DNA of 64,000 bases from Octopus sinensis (GCF_006345805.1 NC_042999.1:71176001-71240000), one strand, 5' to 3'; shown: positions 26,706 to 39,270, counted from the stretch's first letter. Notes: a model not told the origin generated them from the sequence alone. Numbers and translations: made by a program.

Positions 26706-26743
26706 GTTAGCAAGCTGCTTACCACACAGCCACTCCTGCGCCT
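26706..26743 (-). mobile_element. 5' head of SINE family A separated from its body by the 2.2-kb insertion
   Basis: AGGCGCAGGAGTGGCTGTGTGGTAAGCAGCTTGCTAAC continues the 24100-24501 copy. Confidence 0.9.
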
Positions 26744-26754
26744 ATATATATTTA

Positions 26755-28110
26755 TATATATTTGGCGGGGAATTTGTATTTTATTTGTATTTTATAAATT
26801 TAAATTCTTATAATCTTATGTTTTTGTATTACATTTCAGTCTTATTTCCCGACTGTATTCCATTACATAAGCTTTGCCTCCACATATATTTCAATGTACT
26901 TTATAATACATTTTCTTTTCTTCAAGCATCACTCATCATTCTGTATCAATCTGTATCGTCAAGTTTCATTCGTCATTTTGTATCGTAAAAACTGTTGCCT
27001 ATAAGGCGGAGAGCTGGCAGAATCGTTAGCACGCCAGGCGAAATGCTCAGCAGTATTTCGTCTGTCGCTACATTCTGAGTTCAAATTCCGCCGAGGTTGA
27101 CTTTGTCTTTCATCCTTTCGGAGTCGATTAAATAAGTACCAGTTACACACTGGGGTCGATATAATCGACTTAATCCGTTTGTCTGTCCTTGTTTGTCCCT
27201 TTTGTGTTTAGCCCCTTGTGGGTAGTAAAGAAATAGGTATTTCATCCGTCTTCATGTTCTGAATTCAAATTCCATACAGGTCGACTTTGCCTTTCATCGT
27301 TTTGGTGTCGATAAAATATGTACCAATTGAGTACTGGGGTTAATGTAATCGACTTATCTCTCTGTTAAAATTGCTTGTCTAGTGCCAAAATTTGAAATCA
27401 ATAGTTGCCTATTTATATTATTATACTAGTATAACGGTCTTCGAATTATTGCTCTATTGCATATTAACTCATCTATACTTCACACATAAATTTCATCCAG
27501 ATCACACTTCTATTCTTATGGAACTTCACCTCTTTCATGAAAGCCTACTTACACTCAGAACATAGTCTTTAATATGCAGAACCAAATAATTGCTTCTAAA
27601 AATAAATATGTGAATAATAGATGTTATTACAATTTAATAATCTCACTAGCAATTATATTTCTGAACATTATAATCGAAAATATCAATCCTGATATATAAC
27701 ATATTTTGCTCCTTGCTTTCTAGATTCTCCTAATGTATACAAATCAATACTATTGTTCTTTACACCAAAAGTAATACTAACATATAACTTCACTGTAATG
27801 TAAAACATAGTAATTTATCACTACTACAGTTAACTATTTTTATCTTTACATAATATATTTCAATGTACTTGATTTTGCATTAATACCCTACAGCTTTTTA
27901 TTATCTTTCGTATTCTATTCTTTGCATTTATTTCCAAATATATAAATGTCGCCTTAGGTTGTTTACGGAGATATCTGGATGTAAACTGTATTTTTCTTAT
28001 CGAAAGTGAAATTCTACAATACCAGTTACTGTACATATAAGTTTTAAAATATTTTTCCTCAGCCGTATATCTTGATAGCTTTTTTATGTATATTCCCCGC
28101 CAAATATATA
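26755..28110. mobile_element. Non-coding TIR element (MITE-like) with a nested SINE
   Basis: 19-bp perfect inverted ends TATATATTTGGCGGGGAAT (26755-26773) / ATTCCCCGCCAAATATATA (28092-28110). Confidence 0.55.
27005..27405 (+). mobile_element. tRNA-derived SINE family B
   Basis: GGCGGAGAGCTGGCAGAATCG head, GAGTTCAAATTCC B-box, central CTTTCATCCTTTCGGAGTCGAT domain; many copies in window. Confidence 0.9.
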
Positions 28111-28139
28111 TAAATACATATACATATATTCTTTAATTG

Positions 28140-28322
28140 TTTTATTCTTTTACTGGTTTCAGTCATTTGCCTGCAGCATCGCTTTTAGTCGAATGAATCG
28201 ACCCCGGGAATTCTTTGTAAGCATAACATTTGTTATATCGGTCCTTTTTGCCGAATCCCTAGGTTACGGAGACGTAGCCACAGTTGTCAAGCGGTGGTGG
28301 GGGAACAATCAGACACACAAAC

Positions 28323-28366
<44 letters not shown>

Positions 28367-28520
28367 CAGGTTTCTTTCAGTTTCCGTTTACCAAATCCAC
28401 TCACAAGGCTTCAGTCGGCTCGAGGCTGTAGTAGAAGACACTTGCTCAAAGTGCCACGCAGTGAGATTGAACCCGGAACCATGTGGTTGGGAAGCAAGCT
28501 TCTTACCACAAGCCACGCCT
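28140..28520 (-). mobile_element. SINE family A
   Basis: Homology to 24100-24501. Confidence 0.9.
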
Positions 28521-28525
28521 ACAAC

Positions 28526-28603
<78 letters not shown>

Positions 28604-28604
<1 letters not shown>

Positions 28605-31600
28605 TTTATTTTAAGCAGCAGAAAATTCAACAAAATCTGTTACTCTGAGTTTCTCGTTGCCGTTCATCAGACAGTTTTTGCTAGAATGGAACATATATAT
28701 TAATTCAATCTATACTCTTACAAACGCTACACCTTTAAAAAGAAATGGACTTGTTTGATTGGCCCTTTAGAAAAAACGGTCAATCTTCGAGCGATAAACA
28801 AAAAGGTCAAAAATATATGTATATATATATAAAAAAAACTTATAAAAATTATAAAAATTATAAAATCCGAGGAAAAAAACCGAGGAAAAAACCTATTGCC
28901 GTTAATGAAGACAGTACAAATTAATGCATAGAAATTAAACCTGTTATAAATACTGCAATACATATTTATATTAAAATCCACATATATATATCAACATACA
29001 CAAAAGGATGCGCGTAAACGCCATACATACATATACAGACGTATGAATATGAATCTAAATTATACACATAAAAGCATGTGTACATATATTCACGCAAACC
29101 GTCTCGCACGCAAGCTAAAACTCATCTATGTAGCAATTCTCATATACTGAGCAAGGAAGGGGAACGAAAGAAAGGGAAAGAGAGAAAAAGGAACGAAAGA
29201 GGGGTGGGGGGAAACTTGTAGCGATGTTATTGGCATCTATAGAGGCCAGTATACATACACAAGTTTGAATTGATACATATACATACCGTCGTGTGTATGC
29301 GTGCTTAAGCACAAGCATACTTTCACTTACACATACACAGATACGCATGCTTACAAATACATATGCTTTGCTATACATATACTTATATAAACATTCTAAT
29401 TTAGACAACATTGCTTTTTTTTAAAAAAAACATTGCTTTTAAAAAATGGGTGCATTAATAAAAATATATACGAAAGACATATAAAATAAAATATAACATC
29501 CTATTTTGGGTCATTTATAAATAATCAAGGTAATATAAATAATCAAGGTAATCCTATGCAATACAATAACATGAAAACAAAGTTTGTAGGTTTTTCCTAA
29601 TATATATGTAGAAACAATAAGACTTTGCTATAGATCCGTCGTAGCGCTTAAGAGTCAAAATCAAAATCAAAAATCAAAATACAAAATATATACTCTATCC
29701 ATATGGTATATTTATATTCGACATTTTAAATTTAGCCGCGTGCCTACATAAGTTCATTAACTCACTTCTTTGATTCAAAGAATTATTGTCTTTGAATAAT
29801 ATGTGCATTTTTCTCTAATAAGCAAAGCTTGCACTTGAAATTATATTTGTAAGCTCCATGCCTGTATGGTGCCGCCCTGTCCAGAATGCTCCATGTCACG
29901 TTGAAAGGTGGGCTTCCTTTTCTTTTAGTTCCCAGACATATTTTGCTAGGCTGGTTTTCTTCCTATTCTCTGGGTATTTAAAAGAATTCTTTGAGAATAA
30001 AATCTTGTTTTAAATGAATTTTCTGAAGCCCCTGTGTATGTCTGTATTCCGATGAGCCTTCCACTTGCACCTTGGCTCTATAAACTACTCCTTTCACTAG
30101 ACATTTCCCTTCTAACGGACAGGAGCTTTCGTTTTTGAAATTACATTTCTTAATGGGCTCGGCACCATGTCTAATCTCAATTAGCTTCCTATTATGTTGG
30201 CTAATGTAAGAGGCGAAATTTCTGCAACAAGAATAGCTAACCTTCAGGGTTCTTCTATTAAATATTCTGTAGAATTATGACCCTGCTTAAAATGCTTAGA
30301 GACTAATCTCAAAAATTCCTTACCTATATTAGTCTTTACGGCCAAATTGAAAGCGGGGTTGAACCACAAAACTTTCCTGTCCTAGTTCTTCGTGCAGCAT
30401 TATTATTAGCATTAAGCTGGTTGAACTGAATCTTCTCCGAGAATCCACTATTCTTTAATGCGCTATCGTAATAAGGTGCAGCATTATGGAATGCTGCCTC
30501 GTCCGAAGAAATTGAAGATATTCTTCTACCACATTGCTGACTAAGTTGCTAAGGATAACTGGTGGATGGTTCGAATCTTTGCTAATATACGATAGCTTTT
30601 CATTGGGCTTACGGAAAGGTTTAAATCTATCCGATCTTACATTAAAATTTACGTCTAAAAAATCTACACTATTCAGGTTAGTATCTATCGTAATCCGTAA
30701 GCCCATCCTTTGAAAGAAAGCTATAAAGTCCTTCCTAAGTCTATCTGATTCATGGCCGTTTAGATTATGCGTGGCTATAAGGCCGTCATCCCTATATAGA
30801 CCTGCATCTATAAATGGGAATTCTATTTTTAGATTATGGAGAATAAAGGCTCCTATGAGCATACATAATTCAGCCCCGTCGTATGCCCCCATCGGTACAT
30901 CGAAAAGAGAATCCTCAGTCTTCTTAATCCAGGTGGAATCCTCGAAAAACAGAAGCGATTTCCTCGCATGCATAATAATTTCAATTTCCGAGCTATCGAT
31001 GTTGACATACTGCTTGGCGAAGTCCAATGCCCTTAGGAGCAACGTCCTAGATATCGACGGGTAAAAGTCAATAATGTCGAATTGTGTGAAACTACAATTA
31101 TTCTTATAGCTAATACCTTTAAACCACTCTATAACTGACTTACTATTCTTCCAAATTCTCAAGTCTACTTCACTATCTAACTTAACTAAAATACGGTCCA
31201 AAATATTTTTGCTAATAATTCCTATCTCAGTTTTAGCCGGATTTATCAATCTACATTTGGGGTTTCTACTAAAATTGTCTTTATGGTCTTTCAGAGTAAT
31301 AAAAGCTGGTCGTGGTGAAAGGTATTCAATCCTATCGCTAATCTTAAGATCGTTAGCTATTCCTCTTGCTTCTAAGTTCACCTCTTTGTATATATTCGTG
31401 TTGTCTTTTTTGTATGTGTCCGTGACACTATTCGAAATCAGGCGTTTATAAACGTCCTTATCAAGTGCATATAAGTTCCTTGTCTTGTCAGAATTAACGA
31501 AGATCTTATTCGAGTCGTTAATCTCCTTAATTTTTTCTCTCATGTTTTTTTGCAATTGGTTGGTAAATTTGCGGAATTTAATTTTCCTAATAATCTCGAA

Positions 31601-31666
31601 AAGGTCTTTCTCGAAGGCTTCTAATTCCGGAATCGGTGGCGGGTTTCTGGGAGATTTAAATCCATA
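28604..31666 (-). mobile_element. 5'-truncated inverted copy of the Penelope-like element
   Basis: Reverse complement of 32419-35482; RT ORF 30455-31666; ends in (TA)n. Confidence 0.95.
28631..28680 (-). ncRNA. Type I hammerhead ribozyme (copy 1)
   Basis: Exact reverse complement of 32046-32095. Confidence 0.85.
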
Positions 31667-32045
31667 ATGTGTATAATTTAGATTCATATTCATACGTCTG
31701 TATATGTATGTATGGCGTTTACGCGCATCCTTTTGTGTATGTTGATATATATATGTGGATTTTAATATAAATATGTATTGCAGTATTTATAACAGGTTTA
31801 ATTTCTATGCATTAATTTGTACTGTCTTCATTAACGGCAATAGGTTTTTTCCTCGGTTTTTTCCTCGGATTTTATAATTTTTATAAGTTTTTTTATATAT
31901 ATAATACATATATTTTTGACCTTTTTGTTTATCGCTCGAAGATTGACCGTTTTTTCTAAAGGGCCAATCAAACAAGTCTATTTCTTTTTAAAGGTGTAGC
32001 GTTTGTAAGAGTATAGATTGAATTAATATATATGTTCCATTCTAG

Positions 32046-32095
32046 CAAAAACTGTCTGATGAACGGCAACGAGAAACTCAGAGTAACAGATTTTG
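32046..32095 (+). ncRNA. Type I hammerhead ribozyme (copy 2)
   Basis: CAAAAACTGT-CTGATGA-ACG GCAA CGA-GAAA-CTC A GA-GTA-ACAGATTTTG; stem I 9/10 bp; predicted GUA cleavage after 32085. Confidence 0.85.
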
Positions 32096-32259
32096 TTGAA
32101 TTTTCTGCTGCTTAAAATAAAGCATATTACTCTACCACTGGTATTTGAGTACTCTTTTTTCCACCTTGTTTCACATTTATGTGTTTACTCGGTCTAACCC
32201 GCTCCTTGTAAAAGTTTGAGCGACTCTGCACAAGTAGGAAGAACAAACAGCTGAAAAAG

Positions 32260-34393
32260 ATGGAACTTTACCCGCTGGATTTTTCTCAGAAAAATATACC
32301 TATCCCTGCACGGAAACAATATATCAAAGGTCTTATAGAGAAAACGGAAGAGTTTATTAGAAGACTGAGATGGAAAGCCTTCTTCTTTGATAATAAACAG
32401 AAAATAGAAGGTAACAAATATGGATTTAAATCTCCCAGAAACCCGCCACCGATTCCGGAATTAGAAGCCTTCGAGAAAGACCTTTTCGAGATTATTAGGA
32501 AAATTAAATTCCGCAAATTTACCAACCAATTGCAAAAAAACATGAGAGAAAAAATTAAGGAGATTAACGACTCGAATAAGATCTTCGTTAATTCTGACAA
32601 GACAAGGAACTTATATGCACTTGATAAGGACGTTTATAAACGCCTGATTTCGAATAGTGTCACGGACACATACAAAAAAGACAACACGAATATATACAAA
32701 GAGGTGAACTTAGAAGCAAGAGGAATAGCTAACGATCTTAAGATTAGCGATGGATTGAATACCTTTCACCACGACCAGCTTTTATTACTCTGAAAGACCA
32801 TAAAGACAATTTTAGTAGAAACCCCAAATGTAGATTGATAAATCCGGCTAAAACTGAGATAGGAATTATTAGCAAAAATATTTTGGACCGTATTTTAGTT
32901 AAGTTAGATAGTGAAGTAGACTTGAGAATTTGGAAGAATAGTAAGTCAGTTATAGAGTGGTTTAAAGGTATTAGCTATAAGAATAATTGTAGTTTCACAC
33001 AATTCGACATTATTGACTTTTACCCGTCGATATCTAGGACGTTGCTCCTAAGGGCATTGGACTTCGCCAAGCAGTATGTCAACATCGATAGCTCGGAAAT
33101 TGAAATTATTATGCATGCGAGGAAATCGCTTCTGTTTTTCGAGGATTCCACCTGGATTAAGAAGACTGAGGATTCTCTTTTCGATGTACCGATGGGGGCA
33201 TACGACGGGGCTGAATTATGTATGCTCATAGGAGCCTTTATTCTCCATAATCTAAAAATAGAATTCCCATTTATAGATGCAGGTCTATATAGGGATGACG
33301 GCCTTATAGCCACGCATAATCTAAACGGCCATGAATCAGATAGACTTAGGAAGGACTTTATAGCTTTCTTTCAAAGGATGGGCTTACGGATTACGATAGA
33401 TACTAACCTGAATAGTGTAGATTTTTTAGACGTAAATTTTAATGTAAGATCGGATAGATTTAAACCTTTCCGTAAGCCCAATGAAAAGCTATCGTATATT
33501 AGCAAAGATTCGAACCATCCACCAGTTATCCTTAGCAACTTAGTCAGCAATGTAGGTAGAAGAATATCTTCAATTTCTTCGGACGAGGCAGCATTCCATA
33601 ATGCTGCACCTTATTACGATAGCGCATTAAAGAATAGTGGATTCTCGGAGAAGATTCAGTTCAACCAGCTTAATGCTAATAATAATGCTGCACGAAGAAC
33701 TAGGACCAGGAAAGTTTTGTGGTTCAACCCGGCTTTCAATTTGGCCGTAAAGACTAATATAGGTAAGGAATTTTTGAGATTAGTCTCTAAGCATTTTAAG
33801 CAAGGTCATAAATTCTACAGAATATTTAATAGAAGAACCCTGAAGGTTAGCTATTCTTGTTGCAGAAATTTCGCCTCTTACATTAGCCAACATAATAGGA
33901 AGCTAATTGAGATTAGACATGGTGCCGAGCCCATTAAGAAATGTAATTTCAAAAACGAAAGCTCCTGTCCGTTAGAAGGGAAATGTCTAGTGAAAGGAGT
34001 AGTTTATAGAGCCAAGGTGCAAGTGGAAGGCTCATCGGAATACAAGACATACACAGGGGCTTCAGAAAATTCATTTAAAACAAGATTTTATTCTCATAAG
34101 AATTCTTTTAAATACCCAGAGAATAGGAAGAAAACCAGCCTAGCAAAATATGTCTGGGAACTAAAAGAAAAGGAAGCCCCACCTTTCAACGTGACATGGA
34201 GCATTCTGGACAGGGCGCACCATACAGGCATGGAGCTTACAAATATAATTTCAAGTGCAAGCTTTGCTTATTAGAGAAAATGCACATATTATTCAAAGAC
34301 AATAATTCTTTGAATCAAAGAAGTGAGTTAATGAACTTATGTAGGCACGCGGCTAAATTTAAAATGTCGAATATAAATATACCATATGGATAG
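32260..34393 (+). CDS. PLE reverse transcriptase + GIY-YIG endonuclease polyprotein (two 1-nt frameshifts)
   Basis: KNIPIP..RRLRWKAFFF N-terminus; FDIIDFYPSI, PMGAYDGAELC, YRDD RT motifs; CxxxxxxxCPLEGKC linker; VVYRAK..YTGASENSFKTRFYSH nuclease; CKLC..LNQRSEL C-terminus. Confidence 0.9.
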
Positions 34394-35405
34394 AGTATAT
34401 ATTTTGTATTTTGATTTTTGATTTTGATTTTGACTCTTAAGCGCTACGACGGATCTATAGCAAAGTCTTATTGTTTCTACATATATATTAGGAAAAACCT
34501 ACAAACTTTGTTTTCATGTTATTGTATTGCATAGGATTACCTTGATTATTTATATTACCTTGATTATTTATAAATGACCCAAAATAGGATGTTATATTTT
34601 ATTTTATATGTCTTTCGTATATATTTTTATTAATGCACCCATTTTTTAAAAGCAATGTTTTTTTTAAAAAAAGCAATGTTGTCTAAATTAGAATGTTTAT
34701 ATAAGTATATGTATAGCAAAGCATATGTATTTGTAAGCATGCGTATCTGTGTATGTGTAAGTGAAAGTATGCTTGTGCTTAAGCACGCATACACACGACG
34801 GTATGTATATGTATCAATTCAAACTTGTGTATGTATACTGGCCTCTATAGATGCCAATAACATCGCTACAAGTTTCCCCCCCACCCCTCTTTCGTTCCTT
34901 TTTCTCTCTTTCCCTTTCTTTCGTTCCCCCTCCTTGCTCAGTATATGAGAATTGCTACATAGATGAATTTTAGCTTGCGTGCGAGACGGTTTGCGTGAAT
35001 ATATGTACACATGCTTTTATGTGTATAATTTAGATTCATATTCATACGTCTGTATATGTATGTATGCGTTTACGCGCATCCTTTTGTGTATGTTGATATA
35101 TATATGTGGATTTTATATAAATATGTATTGCATTATTTATAACAGGTTTAATTTCTATGCATTAATTTGTACTGTCTTCATTAACGGCAATAGGTTTTTT
35201 CCTCGTTTTTTCCTCGGATTTTATAATTTTTATTATTTTTATAAGTGTTTTTATATATATATACATATATTTTTGAGACCTTTTTTGTTTATCGCTCGAA
35301 GATTGACCGTTTTTTCTAAAGGGCCAATCAAACAAGTCCATTTCTTTTTAAAGGTGTAGCGTTTGTAAGAGTATAGATTGAATTAATATATATGTTCCAT
35401 TCTAG

Positions 35406-35455
35406 CAAAAACTGTCTGATGAACGGCAACGAGAAACTCAGAGTAACAGATTTTG
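35406..35455 (+). ncRNA. Type I hammerhead ribozyme (copy 3)
   Basis: Identical to 32046-32095; predicted cleavage after 35445. Confidence 0.85.
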
Positions 35456-35552
35456 TTGAATTTTCTGCTGCTTAAAGTAAAGCATATTACTCTACCACTG
35501 GTATTTGAGTACTCTTTTTTCCACCTTGTTTCACATTTATGTGTTTACTCCG

Positions 35553-35619
<67 letters not shown>

Positions 35620-36180
35620 CATATATATTACATATATACATGCATACATTATATATACATACATACATATATATATATAATATAAATATATATTCATACA
35701 TACATACATACATACATATATATATGTGTGCGTGTGTGTGTGTGTATGCATACATATATATATATGCATACACACACACAAACACACACATATACACACA
35801 CATATATGTATATAAACACGCCATTTACATATATGTGAGCTATTGATATAAAAGAATTTAGTAATCATAATTATTGGACCTATATAATTTTAGACTCGAA
35901 ACAATAACGATACCTTTGCTTGTTACAAAGTTTTAACATGAAAATCAATATTCACCGCATTTTTGACGATGAAATTCCTTAAAGATATTTGTAATTCCGA
36001 GCAGAACAACGTAACGTTGCGAAGCGATCTTCTTCATTACGAATTGTTGTTGTTGTTGGTCTTCTTCTCAACGCGTCTCTCCGCATTAGCAGCCACGCCA
36101 TACCGGTCAGAGCTGGTCATCCTGCTCGTAACCTTGTACTATTTTCTATCCAAACTGAGGTCCAGAGGAAACTAAAACCT

Positions 36181-36242
<62 letters not shown>

Positions 36243-36243
<1 letters not shown>

Positions 36244-36545
36244 GTCTGTGTGTTTCCCTAAAACTTGAGAACTACACACCAATTTCATTCAAATTTTACA
36301 CATGTCTTACTTAGGGTCCGGGGAGTGTCATCGGCAAAAAGTTTTGAACTTTTTGCCTAGGGCGAGCCCACAGCAATATCATATCTTCTCCTCTACGATT
36401 CCCTAAAACTTGAGAACTACACAACCAATTCCATTCAAAATTTACACATGCCTTACTTAGGGTCCATGTAGTTTCATGGGCAAAAATATATGTTCAACTT
36501 CTTGCCTAGAGTGAGCCCATAGCAATATCATATCTTCTCCACTAT
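36243..36545. repeat. Two tandem ~145-bp units, possibly a Helentron/DINE-1-like core
   Basis: TTCCCTAAAACTTGAGAACTACAC..CTTACTTAGGGTCC..GAGCCCA.AGCAATATCATATCTTCTCC present twice. Confidence 0.6.
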
Positions 36546-37444
36546 TTCAGTATTACGTGTTAAAAGTGAAACAAAAACGTTTCTCTGTTTTATGTCAGAT
36601 ACTTTCACTTTAACAATAAAAATAATAACAATTGAATTATATGTAGTAAGTAATAATTAAAATCAAACTAAAGTATAATATAATCGTAACATAACAAAAG
36701 TAAAAATAGCAATTGGTATAAAATTGCATCAATGACTTGAACTTGAATAAGTGGTTTCACATGAATGGGAATAAATTAAAAATAAAATTAGCGTGCAGAA
36801 AAGGAATAGTTCAGATGGATAATAAAAAATTAAATTAAAGAAAAGACTATTGTCTATAAAGTATACAATGTAGAGAAAAAAGATTTGAACACATGGAGGA
36901 AAGCACCTTCGAAAAGTGTCCTGGTGCGACTATGAAAGGTATCTAATCAGAGGCGGTAAATTCGCCACAATAGAAGCAAGGTTCGAGTCAACGGAGCGTG
37001 CAAGGGAGTACTCGACTCGAACTTGCAAAGTGGAAATATTTTATTTTTACCTTTATATCTGGGACGTAGGACGTCCCGGAAAAAAAAATTTAAAATGCCC
37101 CCTCACCCCAGAAGTAGAGGTAGGCTGGATTGTAGCCACACTTCTATACAAGAGGGAGGACAAGATACGATTGATCGAAATTACGAGAGACGGGCTAACA
37201 ATTCCAGTCTGTTATATATTTTGAGTATTGTTATCACTAGCGATATCAAGATATAACTTTGTATTTTGTATTTTATGTGTAGATGTATATATATATATAT
37301 AGATGTACATGTAATATGTACACATATATATATACACATATACACATGCACTAGCACTATGACCCGGCAACGACGGGTCTATGATGCTAGTATAATATAA
37401 ATAAAATATATATACATATATACATACGTATATGTACGTACATC

Positions 37445-37490
<46 letters not shown>

Positions 37491-37552
37491 GAAGTATGTA
37501 CATATACGTATGTATATATGCATATATATTTTATTATATTATATTATATATA

Positions 37553-37615
<63 letters not shown>

Positions 37616-38789
37616 TACATATATATATATATACATACACACAGATACACAGACACATGTATATATATATACACATCTTTCTTCTGCTTCTCCCCTTTTT
37701 CATAGGTGGGTAGGGTCGTAATGAATGCTGGTACATAAGCATCGCCTACTGACGACAAAGTGATTTCCATTTCCGAAGCTCTTAATGTTTGTGCTGTTGA
37801 AACAGACTCCTCGAGATCTCCTGTTACAGTTGGTCGTATTTCTGTCCAAACAGAATTGCTCTCCGAATCACAACCTACGAATCACTAACGCTGTGAATGG
37901 CCCCGGTTTTTCCCCCTTGAATTGCATTTGCGTAAGTAATCCTGTGTAGTCCGATAGGTGGATATAGATCACACTATTTTATACTTAATGTGCTACCTGA
38001 TCCTCTATCTTAAAGGCCAGGGAGACTCTACTTGCCTTGATCGATGGAAACTACGTCATTTCACACATCAGTCAATGTTTCCTTCATTTCATCTTTTGAG
38101 GGTATTCAAAAAAACTATACCTATCTTGACGAGGTAGAGTTATATCATACACCCCTGTTTGCTTTCTCTTTGTAACACACCGTTGTTAGTTTTCTTTTCC
38201 TGACCCAACCTTATTCATATCCAAAATGTCATTATCGGAAACGATATCTATAAAGCTCTGTGTGCGCAGCTGTCTTGTTATTGTTAAAACCATTGTTATT
38301 ATCGAAAGCAAAATCATCTTTTCCATTTAAATTGTATGGTTTGGTGCATATTCCTGTTCATATCCTCACATTTTAGTTCGTGTTTTTTGTAGGTGCTAAA
38401 GTTATTTTTCTGAAGAGCTGTCATCTATACCTGTTGTTGATATTTTGCGTCGAAAGTTGCACTAAAAGTGTTTTACAAATGCTCTTTTCCCAAACTTGGA
38501 GAAATAATTAGAATATACTTCTCGACTCGCATACATATGATAGAAAAAAATAGCAGCACGTGTTTGAAAGAAATCAAGATATAATCCAAGCACGGAATCG
38601 ATACGAAAACGAGTCTAGCTATGACACTGCTGCTGATGATGATGAGGATAAACTTCTACATAAACAGTACACAAAAAATAAGCTAAGTGTAAAACTGCAG
38701 AATATTAAGAGTTTGGGAAGAAACAATTAACCATATTATCCTCGATTGCTCAGTTTTATCCAAACCTGAATACTTCTACAGGCATGATG

Positions 38790-39213
38790 GGTTGGGGAAG
38801 TTATTCCAGCATTGTGAAATACCATAAACAATAAGTCATCTTCCCCCACATTTTCTTGGTACATACAGTCTGCCTGCGTCACTTTTTGGGTGGAGTGACC
38901 CATATCTAGCAACTTTCTTGTCTAAGCTGTTTAGTTCGTCTACTGTCCATGCGATTACTCCTGCTTCATATATAAGGAGTGAAACGCCCAGGTGTTGATA
39001 GCTTCGATCTTATTCCGTTCGTTTAATTTCGTCTTAAGTATCAGTCTCAGTCTGAGTAAGAACTCCACCTTAAATTTTTCTGTCATTTCTTTCTCCATCA
39101 ATTTATCCATTTCCAAAATGTCTTCTATCTGCTTCATAACCTCCCTCGACGGTATTGTTAGTCCGTCCATACGTTTGATTTTTGCCTCTCTTCAATACTA
39201 ACATACCACACTT
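38790..39213 (-). mobile_element. R4/Dong LINE internal fragment (end of RT / thumb)
   Basis: EMDKLMEKEMTEKFKVEFLLRLRLILKTKLNERNKIEAINTW..RLYVPRKCGGR. Confidence 0.8.
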
Positions 39214-39224
39214 TCTCACTTATT

Positions 39225-39270
<46 letters not shown>

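Larger units (their letters stand above)
31667..35553 (+). mobile_element. Full-length Penelope-like element (Neptune-type) with direct pLTRs
   Basis: ~525-bp pLTRs at 31667-32192 and 35019-35553 bracketing one RT + GIY-YIG ORF; right end in (TA)n. Confidence 0.93.

Noticed and set aside
32260-34393. Selenocysteine-encoding PLE
   Set aside because: The reconstructed ORF has no in-frame TGA and ends in TAG
28604-35482. Inversion as a pure fold-back read artefact
   Set aside because: Arms end at different points, have a unique spacer and differ by consistent substitutions shared with the central pLTR; still needs read confirmation
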